Assembly: GCF_000143415.4 (NCBI RefSeq)
Contig: NW_003314426.1
Span: 1 to 64,000 of the forward strand
Direction: 5' to 3'
Origin: Selaginella moellendorffii
Lineage: Eukaryota > Plantae > Lycopodiophyta
Length of the DNA: 64,000 bases
The first letter of the stretch is position 1. Each line of letters starts with the position of its first letter. This document shows positions 61,801 to 64,000 of the stretch, in pieces. The notes beneath the pieces are model-generated. The model ran no database searches, had not been told where the DNA came from, and worked only from the letters and a program-made list of their open reading frames with translations. The position numbers and the translations under genes are program-made.

Positions 61801-64000
61801 AATCAGGAGTCTGTGGAGTTCCTTGGGTACATTATCACTCCTGAGGGTATCACGATGGATCCTGCCAAAGTCAAGACTATTCTCGAATGGGAGCCTCCAC
61901 AATCAATGTGAGACATTCAGGTTTTCCTTGGCTTCGCCAATTTTTACCGCAAATTCATTGATCACTACTCCGACATTGTCCTTCCTCTCACGCATCTCAC
62001 TTGCAAGGATGTTCCCTTCTCTTGGTTTGCTGCTGCCCAGTAGGCCTTCGACACACTCAAGGTGGCCTTCAGTTCTGCTCCCGTCTTGATCCACGCTGAT
62101 CCCTCACAACCTTTCTTCATCGAGGCAGATGCCTCCGACTTTGCCATCGGTGTTGTGCTGTCTCAACTCGGAGCAGATCAGCTCCTTGCCATCGTGGATT
62201 CCTTTAGAAAGTGGCATCATTTCTTGGAGGGGGTGAGCCATCAAACAACGTTCTAGATGGATCACAAAAATCTGGAGTACTTTGCCACTTCCCGAGTTTT
62301 GAGCCGTCGTCAGGCAAGGTGGGCACAATTCCTGAGTCAGTTTGACTTTGTTATCAAGTACAAACCTAGAAAGCTTCAGGGCCTTCCTGATGCTCTTTCA
62401 AGGCACTCCTATCTCAGTCTCAGGCTTGGTAATCCTACTTTCGATCAACAAGATTGGTCCTGATCAACTTCAAGTTATGGCAATTTCCCTAGCCCCTCAG
62501 GACTCCTCCTTGATGGACGCGATCAGAAATGATCTTCAATCTGATGACCTCGCCAGTGACATTTTCCCCCATCTTTAGGCTGGACATCCAATGACTCCCA
62601 ATTGCCGGCGATTTGACGAATTCGAGTTTTTAGATGGCTTGTTGTACCGTGGGGAGCAGCTTTACATTGCTGAAGGTGATGCTTGAAGGTTGGTCCTGAT
62701 GTCATGCCACGATAGCCCAACTACTAGTCACTTTGGCATTGCAAAAACCTATAAGTTGGTTGCACGGGACTTTTGGTGGCCTCACATGGACAATTACATC
62801 AAAGCTTTTGTTACTTCTTGTGACACTTGTCCCCGGAATAAGGTACCTTGCCACTTTCCTTTAGGTTTGCTTCATTCCTTCCTGGTCCCTTCAAGTCCTT
62901 GGGAATCCATCTCAATGGATTTCTTGAGTGATCTTCTAAGTTCTGGAGGCTTCAACAACATTTTAGTCGTGGTGGATCGCTTCACAAAGATGGCGCACTT
63001 CCTACCGTGTACCAAGGAGCTTTCAGGCGAGGACATGGCAAAACTGGTATTCAAGGAAATTTTCCGACTTCATGGGATTCTTGCAGATGTAGTTTCGGAT
63101 CCGGGACCTCAGTTCATCTCTCATTTCTGGCAACAGTTCCTGCAGCTTCTTGGAGTGAAGGCCAACCTCTCTTCAGCGTATCATCCTCAAACTAATGGAC
63201 AGTCCAAGCGAACAATTTAGACATTGGAACAATTCCTGAGGTGTTTCATCAATTATCATCAGGATGACTAGTTCGATATCCTTCCCCTTGTTGAGTTCTC
63301 CTATAACAACTCTGTTCACTCCTCCCTTCAAGTTTCCCCCTTCTTTGTAAACTCTGACTGAAATCCCCAATTTAATCTCTCATCCGAATCCTCTTGTTCA
63401 AATCCTTGCTTTGACACATTTATCTCTAACCTCTAGGAAATCCATAACTCCATCTCCTTCCACCTTCATCGTGCTCAAGAATCTCACAAAACACTCACCA
63501 ATGTCCATCGTCAGGATTGTCCCTCTTACAATATCGGGGATAAAGTCTGGCTCCTTAGGTGAAATATCTCCACCACCATGCTATGTCCCAAACTCGATTT
63601 CAAACGCTTTGGTCCTTTCCTTATCACTGCCATCATTAATCCTGTCATTTATCGCCTTGCACTTCCCTCATATCAAATTCACCCCGTTTTTCACTCCTCT
63701 CTCCTCTCTCCTTATATTCCCAGTCCTATTCCAAATCGGGTCATTCCTCCACCTCCCTAGTGCAGCTCGAAGATGGGTCTGAGTACAAGGTTCAGGACAT
63801 CCTTGATTCCAAAATTTCACAGTCTAAACTCTATTATCTGGTAGATTAGAAGGGTTACGGACTTAAGAAATGCACTTGGGAACCTATAGACCACTTAATT
63901 CATTCTCCTGACCTTATTCATGACTTTCACTGCCAGTATCCTTCTCATTCTAGTCCTTATTCTTTTCATTCCCCATCTCCCGTCCCTCCCAGGAAGGATC
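58840..64000 (+). mobile_element. Chromovirus copy B (more complete gag-pol, decayed; 3' LTR not reached in window)
   Basis: 5' LTR 58840-59226 after the same GAATT site; Gag ORF 59315-59956; PR ~60430; RT DEWKTAF and VYLDDIL (~61678); RNase [11 protein letters not shown]; integrase ORF 62690-63220; chromodomain ~63780-63930. Confidence 0.94.
61101..61294 (+). mobile_element. 194-bp solo LTR inserted in chromovirus pol
   Basis: TGTAA...TTACA termini; TSD GCCTT/GCCCT. Removing it restores the reading [16 protein letters not shown]. Confidence 0.9.

Overview
Repeat-rich eukaryotic DNA, most likely from a non-seed land plant. Tiny 47-68 bp introns, the PPR style and a self-priming chromovirus point to a Selaginella-like lycophyte (inference). 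The window is a mosaic of direct and inverted segmental duplications with two assembly gaps. (1) There are three partial, decayed copies (6468-16134, 25099-31754, 48618-53132) of a reconstructed ~11-kb Mutator-like (MULE) DNA transposon with two divergent genes. One is a GCM-type Zn domain + DDE + SWIM transposase; the other is a large Pro-rich / ParB-like / beta-class amino (N6A/N4C) DNA-methyltransferase-like gene. A GC-rich hairpin array lies between them. This is the best candidate for an under-described system. (2) There are two near-identical inverted copies of a cassette holding an intact 7-exon stand-alone GCN2/eIF2alpha-type kinase head-to-head with an intact FCP1/SCP-type HAD phosphatase, plus a PPR-2OG dioxygenase-P450 chimeric pseudogene; the cassette is bracketed by ~0.7-0.8 kb inverted repeats. 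(3) LTR retroelements: a decayed Ty3/gypsy with 175-bp LTRs and a 4-bp TSD, two copies of a self-priming chromovirus nested in an older gypsy relic, two TRIMs and solo LTRs. All domain calls are motif recognition by eye, without database searches.
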